DNA of 60,451 nt, the filler included. It is 5 parts of 5 records of this genome, joined end to end, with 100 filler letters (N's around TTAATTAATTAA, not from the genome) between each part and the next. Parts side by side here need not be neighbours in the genome. Positions count along the whole stretch, not along the records: positions 1 to 11,359 come from SRR31147125_57486; 4 more parts are not named here. One strand, given 5' to 3'. A program made the translations under genes and the position numbers. Below are positions 1 through 9,911 of this stretch, piece by piece (within the stretch, counting starts at the first letter, position 1; every line of letters starts with the position of its first letter). The notes under the pieces are model-generated. The model was not told the origin of the DNA. It made no database searches and saw only the letters and a list, made by a program, of their open reading frames with translations.

Positions 1-34
1 CTGCTGGAAACGAGACCTGCCTGCCCGAGCATCA

Positions 35-732
35 TCATCCGCTCCGAAACCAGACCGGCAAGTCCCCGAGGGCTGTTGACGAGAGCAGATATGGTTCACG
101 AATTTCGACCGCGCGGCGGGCGGTCTCGCTGAGCAAAGCAGGAAGAGTTTGCCGTTCTCCCCCTTCGTCTTCTGCGAAATCAGTTCCGGACACATGTCCC
201 CACATGTGCTGGACTGCGTTTCTCCCATCCCCCTCACCGGGGCAGGAGCGCAGCATCACGACAAGAAGCGTTGCCAACTCGGCGAATCCGATCCGCTCTT
301 GTGCCACCTCACGGCCGATCTCCCGATACCGACGCTGGTCCCTGGCCAGCATCGAATACTTGTGATGGCTCCACAACTCCTGGATATTCTTCGGCAGACC
401 GATCCGACCGGGCTCCTTATCAACATATTTCTTTGCGAGGATTTCGTACTGAACAGCAGGCTCATCAATGAATATGTCGGGCCACAACGCATCGTACCCG
501 CTCACCGGAACCGGCGACCTGTCATTGAAACCGCGCAGCCGCATCTCGCAGGAGAGTTGGAGGTGGCGAACGGCGAGCGCCTTCAGACCCCCTCCCAGCG
601 CAGTGTTTCCGGATGACGTGAATATCCTTTCTTCCCGTGAGTCAGGATCGATACAATGCCATGGAGTTCCCGGTGCTCTCCGAGCAGACTCCGGTCGTTC
701 AAATAGCCCGGGCTTATGTCCCAGATTCTCAT
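35..732 (-). CDS. Pyrimidine-dimer DNA glycosylase-like N-terminal domain + DUF1722-like protein (1-nt frameshift at ~590)
   Basis: Manual translation from ATG at 732 gives MRIWDISPGYLNDRSLLGEHRELHG...HPETLRW. One missing G in the G5 run (C-run on + near 588-592) joins it to GLKALAVRH...EMRLRG and the 35..544 ORF (HKYSMLAR, NAVQHMWGHV). Confidence 0.7.
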
Positions 733-860
733 TCAGCCATCCCTCTGTTGGTAGATCTTACGGTAACCATCCTGAAAGGTTTTCTGAAACCTGGTATAAT
801 GGATGATCATACAACGAGCCTTCGGACGTTTCCATCATCAAACATCAGAAGAGGAGAATC

Positions 861-1508
861 ATGTACACCCTGGTCATCGGCAATAAAAACTATTCCTCCT
901 GGTCTCTTCGCGCATGGCTGCTGTTGGCACAGTTCGATATAGACTTTGAAGAAGTGCGTCTGGCCCTGCGGAGCGAAGCCTTTATACAGAATATCGGTAC
1001 GTTTTCGCCAAGCGGCCTGGTTCCCGTTCTCGCAGCCGGCGACATCAGGGTATGGGATTCGCTCTCGATCTGTGAATATATCGCTGAGCACCATCAGACG
1101 TTGCAGTGCTGGCCGGCTCAGCCGAACGCACGGGCCGTGGCGCGATCCGTCAGCAACGAAATGCACAGTGGTTTCACGCAGATCAGAACACTCCTGCCCA
1201 TGAACTGCCGTCGGAAGAAGCGCATCGGGGAAATCCCAGCGGCGCTGCTGAAAGAGATCGAGCGGGTCTGCGAAATCTGGCGTTCATGCCGGCAGCGTTA
1301 CGGCGGAACCGGTCCGTATCTGTTTGGAAATTTCACCATCGCGGACGCAATGTACGCTCCGGTTGTTCTCAGATTCAACAGCTACTGTATCGAAGTTGGC
1401 GACGTCGAAGCAGACTACATGGATGCAATCCTATCCCTTCCCTCTGTGCAGAGATGGATCGATGACGCGGTACTGGAGAGAGAGGTCATCGAAGACTATG
1501 ATGTGTAA
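861..1508 (+). CDS. Glutathione S-transferase family protein
   Basis: GNKNYSSWSLR, VPVL, DSLSICEY, EMHSGF, IADAMYAPV motifs; AGGAG RBS. Confidence 0.9.
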   Translation: MYTLVIGNKNYSSWSLRAWLLLAQFDIDFEEVRLALRSEAFIQNIGTFSPSGLVPVLAAGDIRVWDSLSICEYIAEHHQTLQCWPAQPNARAVARSVSNEMHSGFTQIRTLLPMNCRRKKRIGEIPAALLKEIERVCEIWRSCRQRYGGTGPYLFGNFTIADAMYAPVVLRFNSYCIEVGDVEADYMDAILSLPSVQRWIDDAVLEREVIEDYDV

Positions 1509-1516
1509 CCACGTCG

Positions 1517-2542
1517 TCAGGTAAAATCTAAGGTATAGCGCCGAGCGAGTTCACGGACCTTTGCAGCCGCATCGGCCAGACGTTTCTGTTCCAACAGGCC
1601 GCTTTCAACGGCAGAGGTGATCGCACCGGCAATCTGCTCTACCTGGTTGCCGGTATCGGCAATCAGCAGCAGATCCGCCCCTGCCTGCAGCGCCTGTACC
1701 GCTGTCTCCGTTATCGGGTTTGAACGCAGGGTTGCCGCAGAATCGAGATCATCGCTCATCACCACGCCGCCGAAGTCGAGTTGTTTCCGCAGCAACGTGA
1801 TAACCGCGGGCGAAACCGACGCCGCATGCTCCGCATCGATGCTCTCGACGATTGCCGGCCCGGTCATGACCACCTCCACATCCGCCTCGATCGCAGCCCT
1901 GAAAGGAATGAACCCGTCGACAAGCGAAGAGGAAGACTGGGTATTTCGTGAATCCGCCTCAACCGCGGGGTCCAGCGGAAGATGGGAGTACCCGGGGAAA
2001 TGCTTGGCGACCGCAGCGATCCCTTCTGACTGAACGGCGCGGATGAACCTCGCCGAGAGGTCTGCGATAAGCTTCGGGTCGGTGGACCAGGTCCTGCTCG
2101 ACAACCACGGGTTCACACCGGTTACGCAATCCAGAATCGGCGCGATAAAACAGGTGATGCCAAGCGATCGGGCGGCCCCGGCAACAGTCGAGAAAGCAGC
2201 GTCACTTTCAGCCGGTGTCATGTCGATGGCATCAGCCATTGACGGATACGACGGTACCAGTCGGTGCAATCTGCAGATGCCGCCGGGTTCCTGATCGACT
2301 GCCGCAATCACGCTGCCGGCACGGGATCGGGCCTCCGCGATCACGCCCCTGAACTGCTCCGCGCTCTCCTCTCCGATCCGTTGACCGGACATCTCCCGGG
2401 CGACATATTCCTGCCGACTCTCTCCCAAAAGAATCGAGCATCCTCCCCGGTCCAGAAACTGTTTGACCTGGTCACTGAGCCGAAGATCGGCAAACGCGGG
2501 AAAAAGAACCGCATAACTGTCTTCTGCTGTTGATCGGGGCAT
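1517..2542 (-). CDS. Glycoside hydrolase family 3 N-terminal domain protein (NagZ-like)
   Basis: AVDQEPGG, APILD, AKHFPG, VMSDDL motifs; start taken at MPRS because the longer ORF overlaps the upstream gene. Confidence 0.8.
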   Translation of the reverse strand: MPRSTAEDSYAVLFPAFADLRLSDQVKQFLDRGGCSILLGESRQEYVAREMSGQRIGEESAEQFRGVIAEARSRAGSVIAAVDQEPGGICRLHRLVPSYPSMADAIDMTPAESDAAFSTVAGAARSLGITCFIAPILDCVTGVNPWLSSRTWSTDPKLIADLSARFIRAVQSEGIAAVAKHFPGYSHLPLDPAVEADSRNTQSSSSLVDGFIPFRAAIEADVEVVMTGPAIVESIDAEHAASVSPAVITLLRKQLDFGGVVMSDDLDSAATLRSNPITETAVQALQAGADLLLIADTGNQVEQIAGAITSAVESGLLEQKRLADAAAKVRELARRYTLDFT

Positions 2543-2621
2543 CCACCTGCTCCATTTTTTTATCCGTAGTAGGCCGAATTGACCAAAGAACCGGAAACGT
2601 TCACTGCCTGAAGCGCTCTGG

Positions 2622-3506
2622 CTACCGCTTTCTCCCTGCATGCAGGATATCGGCGATATTCGCAGCCGGGTCGGAAATCGGCTGCAGCAATCCAGCACTG
2701 CAGGTCATGATCGTTGCAACTCCGGGACCGTGTCCAGCCCTGAGGCAGTCACTGTGGACGATGATACCAATAGACACCGCACCCTTTTTGTAGGCCCGGC
2801 CGTAGGAATTGTCATGATCGATCAGCGCAACCACATCGCCGAACCGCAACTGGTCGAGCTTGAATTCCGCAACGGTCTCAGGATCGCTCGTCATGATATC
2901 GTAATCCCCCGACGCCACGTGGGCGGAGCCGACGCCGGAACCCATACAGGCCGGTGGCACCATTGCTGCGACCGGAACCTGCAGTTTCCCATTCTGCTCG
3001 ACGAGGGTCATGCGCTCGAGAAGATCGGGATCGATGTTGAAAAGTTTGATCTCGGGATAATCCTCCAGTGCGAGCCCGACGCCGCGGCTGTGAACAATGA
3101 TTTTATCATCGTAGGTCATCCGCTCCATCACGTCGACGGGAAAATCGATCATTACGTGCTCAGACCCGCCGTGCTTGCCGGTCACAACACCGACGGCTCC
3201 ATCAACCTTGCCGCTCACCACGACCGCACGGTTGCCAATGCAGGCGTAAATCTGCAAAGAATTGTTGGGAAAATCAAAGCGCTTGTCGCTGTTGGCGTTG
3301 CAGCTTACCCCGGGCTCTATGTGATCACCCGCCAGCCCGAACGCTGAATCGCCGACCAGCACATTGGTGGTTATACCGCCGATGGAGGGGAGAATAAACG
3401 GTGTCCCGTTGAGGTCAACCTGGTAAGTCCCCCGTGTCCGCGGCTGTCCCGGCTGACACTGCAGCAGCATTTCGACGATCCGATCTCTGTTGGTTTTCAT
3501 ACTCAT
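2622..3506 (-). CDS. DUF4438-like family protein
   Basis: GGITTNV..GD...[32 protein letters not shown]...GHGPG. Confidence 0.75.
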   Translation of the reverse strand: MSMKTNRDRIVEMLLQCQPGQPRTRGTYQVDLNGTPFILPSIGGITTNVLVGDSAFGLAGDHIEPGVSCNANSDKRFDFPNNSLQIYACIGNRAVVVSGKVDGAVGVVTGKHGGSEHVMIDFPVDVMERMTYDDKIIVHSRGVGLALEDYPEIKLFNIDPDLLERMTLVEQNGKLQVPVAAMVPPACMGSGVGSAHVASGDYDIMTSDPETVAEFKLDQLRFGDVVALIDHDNSYGRAYKKGAVSIGIIVHSDCLRAGHGPGVATIMTCSAGLLQPISDPAANIADILHAGRKR

Positions 3507-3546
3507 AGCTTTTCCTGTGATGTGCGATTCGAGGTACGATTTTCAG

Positions 3547-3896
3547 TCAGTGTATCCAGGTTGCCCCTATCAGACAGTCGATGAGATCAGTGCATACATG
3601 CCACAGGCACCCGGTCGAAAAGCACGCACCGGCCATGACGGGACCAGGAGCAGCGCTGCATAGATGATGGTGGCTCCCAGCGAATGGAGCGGATGGAACC
3701 CGATGCTGCAGCGCTGCGGGTCATACACCGGGCTGGTAAGCAGGTGATCGAGATCGATGAGCATCGCGGCAACCATGATGACCCCGCCTTTCAGCCACCG
3801 CTCCTTCCAGAGGATTCTGGCGATCGCAAACGGTACGAGCAGGTGGAGCGAGTAGTGGATCACCTGTCTGACAGGCTCAGCAACCGATTCAATCAC
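3547..3896 (-). CDS. DUF6122-like membrane protein (3' frameshift at a homopolymer near 3620)
   Basis: HYSLH..., LIDLDHLL..P.YDP.RCSIGFHPLH; the shifted frame gives the expected GCLWHVCTDLIDCL end. Confidence 0.7.
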
Positions 3897-3937
3897 CGAT
3901 CATCCTGTCAGGTATTGTGCCGGTGATCCCGGACTCC

Positions 3938-4726
3938 CTATGCGTCTGCAACGGACTTGCGAAGCGCCTCACCATTCTGCTTCCACCAGTTGAACAAAAT
4001 GTTGATGTCGATTCCCAGGTTGAAATGGCGGACGCCGAGATCAATATAGTATTGAGCCTGATCCATATGCTCGATTTCCACCCGCGGATGGACGCCGTAT
4101 TTGAGTGCGGTTTCAATGACCATCCGCTCGACCGCTTTGACCTCTGGATGCGTCCACTCGCCCGGCCGCCCGATACTCATCGAATAGTCCGCGGGCCCCC
4201 ACTGGATCATGTCGACCCCGTCAACCGATAAAATTTCATCGAGATTTTCAACCGCCTCTTTCTTCTCGATCATCAACACCACGACGATGTCCTTGAGTGC
4301 CTGCACGTATTCGGGGGTACCGTAACTGCCCATGAACGCAAAGCGCCGCATACCGACACCATGGGTTCCGCCATCCTCCGGCGTCTCCGCACGGACGCTG
4401 TTGACGCATTGCTGAGCATCGTCCACATTCCGGCAGTCGGCGAACATCACACTCTGGAACCCGGAGCCGATACCGCGCTGGGAGAGAAAGCCTCGTGGCT
4501 CATGATCGACCTTGATCATCGTCGACAGGTTATACAATTCGGCTGCCCGGCAGAAATCATCGAGGGCATAGAGATCAAACGGTGCATATTCGGCCAGGAA
4601 TTCGACATAGTCAAACATGCCGGTATGGCCGAGAGCCTCGACAATCGATGGCCAGGTTGACTGAACCCGGGTCCCGAGGGTCGGTTTGTTGTCGTTGAGT
4701 AATTGTCGTAATACGTTCGCTTTCAT
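3938..4726 (-). CDS. HpcH/HpaI aldolase family protein
   Basis: DYVEFLAEY, LMIEKKEAVENLDEILSVDGVD, GPADYSMSIG. Confidence 0.85.
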   Translation of the reverse strand: MKANVLRQLLNDNKPTLGTRVQSTWPSIVEALGHTGMFDYVEFLAEYAPFDLYALDDFCRAAELYNLSTMIKVDHEPRGFLSQRGIGSGFQSVMFADCRNVDDAQQCVNSVRAETPEDGGTHGVGMRRFAFMGSYGTPEYVQALKDIVVVLMIEKKEAVENLDEILSVDGVDMIQWGPADYSMSIGRPGEWTHPEVKAVERMVIETALKYGVHPRVEIEHMDQAQYYIDLGVRHFNLGIDINILFNWWKQNGEALRKSVADA

Positions 4727-4864
4727 GACGTTCTCCGCAAAAGTGGTAGTCGATGGACAAGAAAAGGAGCTCGGCCTATTCCCCAGAATTCGTAGTTAAT
4801 GTGCCCCCTGAATCTCCGCCACCTTACTGCAAATATGCGCTCCCGTCATGTATCGATTTCACAC

Positions 4865-5188
4865 CTATCTCCTCCCCCTGCCGCCGCCCCACAACGGATC
4901 GTTTTCGAAACGGGCGTACCACCACTCTTCCGGAGACTGATTCCGGCCCACGACATCCTCGGTGAATGAATAGTGATAGGTGCTGCAGTACTCAATAATG
5001 ATCTGATGCGCCTCGATGATCTGACGCGTCATCTCGAGACAGGTTTCCGGGTCGTCTTCACACCGGTCCGGATGCCAGGCAGCCAGCAGTCTGCGAAAAT
5101 TCGCCTTGATCGTTTCCATGCTGACGGATTCCGGGAGTTCGAGGACTTCCCGCGCCCTGGATATCTTTTCGAATGCACTCATTTTCAC
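4865..5188 (-). CDS. Small J-domain (DnaJ-like) protein
   Basis: IKANFRRLLAAWHPD motif; C-terminal WW..RF..DPLW. Confidence 0.8.
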   Translation of the reverse strand: MKMSAFEKISRAREVLELPESVSMETIKANFRRLLAAWHPDRCEDDPETCLEMTRQIIEAHQIIIEYCSTYHYSFTEDVVGRNQSPEEWWYARFENDPLWGGGRGRR

Positions 5189-5401
5189 GGATTCCCCCTC
5201 CTGAAGCCTTCATGTGGTATGGACCCCGAACATCGAGTCGGTAAAACTCCACTATAATCATTCCGGTCACTCGGTAAACGAGGCCTTGGTTTCCGTGACG
5301 AAATTCATCCGGTCTGTCTGATGAACCCCGACCTTGATATACGTTGACGAAAAAGATAGATTTAATGCGCCAACGTTCCCCATTTCCTGGACAGGTGAAT
5401 C

Positions 5402-5554
5402 ATGAGCACGACGTGGCTACCGACGAGTTGTGTCCTTTGCGCACAGAACTGCGGCCTGCTGGTAATGAATCAATGTCAACCGTTTGACCCAAAATACACA
5501 CCGGGACCGAATCGCGGTAACACCGCTGCACCGCTCCATCCCCTGCCGGGTTGA
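5402..5554 (+). pseudogene. 5' remnant of a molybdopterin oxidoreductase (4Fe-4S domain start)
   Basis: MSTTWLPTSCVLCAQNCGLLV (CxxCxxxC), then unrelated sequence and a stop after 50 codons. Confidence 0.5.
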
Positions 5555-5609
5555 AAAAACTGGAGCGTAGCAAAACGGATTCCGCCCCATCGAAAAGGAG
5601 ACTGCCACG

Positions 5610-5789
5610 ATGAGTTCATGCAAAACGTGCAAATTTCGAGCAAAATATGACCGTAATCCTACCTCCATTCTCGGCAGGATCTGGCGCTGGCATATCGGAT
5701 TATGCCCCGGCTGGAAAAAATACTACTCGGACCTGCCCGAAGAGGAGCGGCAGGAATTGTCCCGCAAATACAGCCTGAAATCAACCTGA
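5610..5789 (+). CDS. Small 59-aa Cys/His/Trp-containing protein (absent from ORF track)
   Basis: AAGGAG RBS; MSSCKTCKFRAKYDRNPTSILGRIWRWHIGLCPGWKKYYSDLPEEERQELSRKYSLKST*. Confidence 0.7.
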   Translation: MSSCKTCKFRAKYDRNPTSILGRIWRWHIGLCPGWKKYYSDLPEEERQELSRKYSLKST

Positions 5790-5943
5790 TTTGCGACGCC
5801 GACGATACTACGATCGATTGATTACCTTGATTCAGATCTCATAAGCCGGTATGTAATGGGTACCTTGAGAAATTAAAAACCGGCGAGGACCGCCTCCCCG
5901 GAAATCCTTGCAGACACAATCCGGGGCATACAACGAACCACCG

Positions 5944-7182
5944 ATGAATGAAATAATTCTGATTAGCATAACCGGCCGGGACAGAAAGGGTCTCGATGCC
6001 CGCTTCACCGGGATTCTGGCAGAATATGGCGTCAATATCCTGGATATAGGCCAGGCAGTGATTCACGACCATATTTCCCTCGGAATTCTTGCGGAGATAC
6101 CGAACTCGAAACATTTTTCCGCAATCTTCAAGGACATGCTCTTCGAGGGGCACAATATGGGCGTCGAGGTGGACATCAAGCCGATCGATATCGACAGCTA
6201 CGAAACGTGGGTTCACGCTCATGGAAAAGAGCGGCGAATCATCACGCTGCTCGGAAAAACACTCTCGGCACAACAGATCGCGTCGGTGTCGTCGATCATT
6301 GCGGAAAACCATCTCAACATCGATTCCATCACCCGCCTCACCGGCCGGATTTCGCTCCGGGAACCACAGAACACCCCCAGGGCCTGCGTCCAGCTGTCTA
6401 TTAGCGGGACACCCGACGATATCGGTGACATGCGCCGGCGCTTCATGGAGATATCCCAGGAAACCGGCATCGACATCTCCTTCCACGTGGACAATATATA
6501 CCGGCGAAACCGGAAGCTGGTGGTGTTTGATATGGACTCGACGTTGATCCAGGCCGAGGTTATCGACGAACTTGCCAAACTGGCTGGGGTCGGTCAGCAG
6601 GTCGCCGAAATCACCGAGTCGGCCATGCGGGGTGAGATCGATTTCTCGCAGAGTTTTCGCCGTCGGGTGGCACTTTTAAAAGGGCTGCCGATAGAGCAGT
6701 TGACAACACTGACCCGGGAGCTCCCGCTGACCGACGGCGCCGACCTCGTTGCCAAGACCCTGAAAGGGCTGGGCTACAAACTCGGCATCCTGTCCGGAGG
6801 ATTCAGCTTCGTGGGTGAATACCTGAAAGAGCGCCTCGGGTTCGATTATCTCTACGCCAACGAGCTCGATATTGAAGACGGGATAGTCACCGGCAGGGTG
6901 GTCGGTGATATCGTCGACGGTGAGAAAAAGGCGGAACTGCTGCGCACACTCGCTGCCAGAGAGGACATCGCACTCGAACAGACCATCGCCGTCGGCGACG
7001 GGGCCAACGACCTGCCGATGATCTCCATCGCGGGCCTCGGGGTGGCGTTCAATGCGAAACCAATCGTTCGTCAGAAGGCCACGAATGCGATATCGAGCGT
7101 CGGACTCGACGGGCTGCTGTACCTGATCGGTATCCATGACCGCGAGATTAAAGAGGAGGTTCGGCAGTCAAACCGCTCGTAA
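5944..7182 (+). CDS. serB: Phosphoserine phosphatase with ACT domains
   Basis: Two ACT domains; HAD motifs FDMDSTL, SGGF, GDGANDL. Confidence 0.95.
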   Translation: MNEIILISITGRDRKGLDARFTGILAEYGVNILDIGQAVIHDHISLGILAEIPNSKHFSAIFKDMLFEGHNMGVEVDIKPIDIDSYETWVHAHGKERRIITLLGKTLSAQQIASVSSIIAENHLNIDSITRLTGRISLREPQNTPRACVQLSISGTPDDIGDMRRRFMEISQETGIDISFHVDNIYRRNRKLVVFDMDSTLIQAEVIDELAKLAGVGQQVAEITESAMRGEIDFSQSFRRRVALLKGLPIEQLTTLTRELPLTDGADLVAKTLKGLGYKLGILSGGFSFVGEYLKERLGFDYLYANELDIEDGIVTGRVVGDIVDGEKKAELLRTLAAREDIALEQTIAVGDGANDLPMISIAGLGVAFNAKPIVRQKATNAISSVGLDGLLYLIGIHDREIKEEVRQSNRS

Positions 7183-7420
7183 GCCAGGATTTGCCCATCC
7201 AAAGGGTGCCAGATCGTTATCCGCTGTGTACCTGCACGATCGACCTTCCTCACGCTACTAACCAAGCTCCTATAATCATTTTAAATTTTGGCCATCCCGA
7301 TTCTGACCGCAGGGGGCGGTTCCATCTTAACCCTTGACGAGTGGGGTTCTTGCCCGTAAAGTAACCGACTCGCATAATCACGGAGTTACACCAAGAACTA
7401 TTCAACTTGTGGAGACTATC

Positions 7421-8515
7421 ATGGCAAAATCTTACAACATTGCCGTCATCCCCGGCGATGGTACTGGACTTGAAGTAGTGAACGAAGGCCGCAAGGCCCT
7501 GAACGCAGCGGCGGACCGTTTCGGTTTCACTCTGAATATGACCGATTTTGATTTCGGCGGCGACCGCTATCTCAAAACCGGCGAAGTCCTGCCGGAAACA
7601 GCGGCGGACGACCTGAAGGCCTTTGACGCCATCTATCTGGGAGCCATCGGTCACCCCGATGTCAAACCCGGCATCCTGGAAAAGGGCATCCTGCTGAGTC
7701 TGCGTTTCGCACTCGATCAATATATCAACCTGCGTCCGGTGCGGCTCTACCCCGGCGTCGAGACCCCGCTCAAAGATAAGACTCCCGACGATATCGACTA
7801 TGTCGTAATCCGGGAAAACTCCGGCGGCATCTATACCGGCACCGGCGGCATCTCGATGAAAGGAACGGCTCAGGAAGTTGCCGTTCAGTCGATGGTCTAC
7901 AATCGCTTCCAGGTCGAGCGCTGCCTGCGTTATGCCTTCGAATACGCCCGAAAGTTCGGCAAGAAGGCACGCGGAAAAGGAGACGAAAACACCCTCGGCC
8001 TCGTGGGCAAGACTAATGTCCTGACCTACGTATTCGACCTCTGGGAGCGGGCATTCCACGAGATCGGCGAGGCGGAGTACCCGGACGTCAAGCGCGAATA
8101 CTACCACGTCGATGCCACCTGCATGTGGATGGTAAAGAGCCCCGAGTGGTTCGACGTACTGGTCACCTCCAACATGTTCGGCGACATCATCACCGACCTT
8201 GGTGCTGAGACCCAGGGAGGGATGGGTATCGCGGCCGGCGGCAACATCAACCCCGAAGGGGTGAGCATGTTCGAACCGATCGGTGGATCCGCCCCCAAAT
8301 ACACCGGCAAGAACGTCATCAACCCGCTGGCAGCCGTCTGCGCCGGCGCGATGATGCTCGAGACCCTCGGCGAGACCGAGGGAGCCGCAGCCATCGAGGA
8401 AGGCGTCAAGTGGGTAACGGGCACCAAGCTCAAGAGCCTGTCAGCCGGAAGGATGGGATACTCGACCAGCGAAGTCGGCGATCTGGTCGTCGAGCACATC
8501 CTCGAGAAGAACTAA
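7421..8515 (+). CDS. leuB: 3-isopropylmalate dehydrogenase
   Basis: [43 protein letters not shown] before ATG 7421. Confidence 0.9.
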   Translation: MAKSYNIAVIPGDGTGLEVVNEGRKALNAAADRFGFTLNMTDFDFGGDRYLKTGEVLPETAADDLKAFDAIYLGAIGHPDVKPGILEKGILLSLRFALDQYINLRPVRLYPGVETPLKDKTPDDIDYVVIRENSGGIYTGTGGISMKGTAQEVAVQSMVYNRFQVERCLRYAFEYARKFGKKARGKGDENTLGLVGKTNVLTYVFDLWERAFHEIGEAEYPDVKREYYHVDATCMWMVKSPEWFDVLVTSNMFGDIITDLGAETQGGMGIAAGGNINPEGVSMFEPIGGSAPKYTGKNVINPLAAVCAGAMMLETLGETEGAAAIEEGVKWVTGTKLKSLSAGRMGYSTSEVGDLVVEHILEKN

Positions 8516-8650
8516 CACATTCCGCATCACTACCGCAGACCGGCGACGCTGTTGCCGGTCTGCGGACTCTCCGCTATTCCCTCACTGACATCAGCAACTC
8601 GACAGCGCAGCCCCCGAGGTCCATGCGAACGGACCTGTTCGGTCGCCGCT

Positions 8651-8908
8651 TCAATACCTTCGTTCAAGCCTGACCACCCTGCCGGCGATTTCAACGTCGG
8701 TAGTGGGCTGGAGGCTGCCGTCACCGATATCCAGCAGCGGGACGTCCGACTGCGGCGAGAGCACGACGCGGCCGATGTCTATGCGTCCGTCATCGTGCAT
8801 GACCAGAATATAATCCTCACCGTCAATCCCACGGGTCGGATCAATCGTCACTTCGTCCCCTTCCCGGAACTCGCCGCCCATGCAGTTGTATTCAAGGATT
8901 ATCTTCAT
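8651..8908 (-). CDS. Small hypothetical protein, degenerate S24/LexA C-terminal-like fold
   Basis: NCMGGEFREGDEVTID...IAGRVV resembles GDSM.P....GD.V.VD...I.G.VV. Confidence 0.45.
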   Translation of the reverse strand: MKIILEYNCMGGEFREGDEVTIDPTRGIDGEDYILVMHDDGRIDIGRVVLSPQSDVPLLDIGDGSLQPTTDVEIAGRVVRLERRY

Positions 8909-9149
8909 CAGAGTCTTACTCTTTTCCCTCCCGATGGGATTGAGCTGACGCTTAAACGATAATACCAGCAGTCCCTGCTTTCATCCTGGCCGGAAGCAGC
9001 AGAACCGAAAACCGAATATCCCATAGATCATACTGGAAAAATTCGCAGCCATGCGGTATAGGATTTACGACAATTATCGACGCGCATCATACTACCTGTC
9101 GCGCATTCACGGAGTAGAAAACTCCCGCACCCTCTTGTGGAACATTCCA

Positions 9150-9338
9150 ATGAAAAAACGCGCCCTGTTATTGATCCCGCTTCTGCTGCTGTCACTGAAC
9201 GGCTGCGTATTGACCAAACTGGTAACCGTACCGATGCGTCTGGGGGGTGCCGTCATCTCGATCATCCCGGTCGCCGGCAACTCCGCCCACGACGCAATCG
9301 ATGAAGCGGCTGATGTTGTCGATACCATACCGCTGTAG
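9150..9338 (+). CDS. Small lipoprotein (DUF6726-like)
   Basis: Basic N-terminus, hydrophobic stretch, lipobox LNGC; TKLVTVPMRLGGAVIS. Confidence 0.65.
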   Translation: MKKRALLLIPLLLLSLNGCVLTKLVTVPMRLGGAVISIIPVAGNSAHDAIDEAADVVDTIPL

Positions 9339-9343
9339 GGTCA

Positions 9344-9535
9344 TCAGCAGCATTTCCCCTTGTGGGTTTTACAACTGCCCTTTTTCGCTCCCCTGATATC
9401 GCTCTGGTGTTTAGCGATTGAAACAATGGTCTTCAAGCGCTTGCGGGCTTTCTCCGACAGGTCGTCCTTTTTGATTTTATCGACTTCTTCACAGATGGCG
9501 GCAAACGCCTTTGAAATTTTATCCGTTGCTAACAT
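9344..9535 (-). CDS. Small basic hypothetical protein ending in Cys-Cys
   Basis: GAGG RBS; MLATDKISKAF...SIAKHQSDIRG...GSCKTHKGKCC. Confidence 0.6.
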   Translation of the reverse strand: MLATDKISKAFAAICEEVDKIKKDDLSEKARKRLKTIVSIAKHQSDIRGAKKGSCKTHKGKCC

Positions 9536-9691
9536 CGTATGGTCCTCTGCTGGTAGAGATGAGTGGTGAAGGTGAGATACCGTCTGCAGAATACAAACGT
9601 ATTCTGTGTACAATTCATAAGTATCTTTCAGCGGAAATCAAAAAAGTCATCCCGGCAACATAGCTCGGAGACACTCCAGCCCTGCTTAGAC

Positions 9692-9720
9692 TTGACACCG
9701 GCGGCGCAAAACTTTATAAC
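9692..9720 (+). promoter_or_regulatory. Sigma70 promoter for thiM-thiE
   Basis: TTGACA-N17-TATAAC just upstream of the riboswitch. Confidence 0.65.
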
Positions 9721-9739
9721 GTGACACTATAGTAGTGTA

Positions 9740-9816
9740 ATTGCAGGGGTGGCCCCCGGGCCTGAGATGATACCCATTGAACCTGATCTGGCTCATACCA
9801 GCGTAGGGAACCGCAG
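9740..9816 (+). ncRNA. TPP (THI-box) riboswitch
   Basis: GGGG...CTGAGA...ACCC..TGAACCTGATCTGG.TCATACCAGCGTAGGGAA consensus, upstream of thiM. Confidence 0.93.
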
Positions 9817-9911
9817 TCTTTCAATCGATCCATTCTTCTCCGGCCCAGAACTCCCGATTTATCGGATGCCGCCACCTGCAGGAACCAAGCCCTGTTCACC
9901 AAGGAGGTGTC

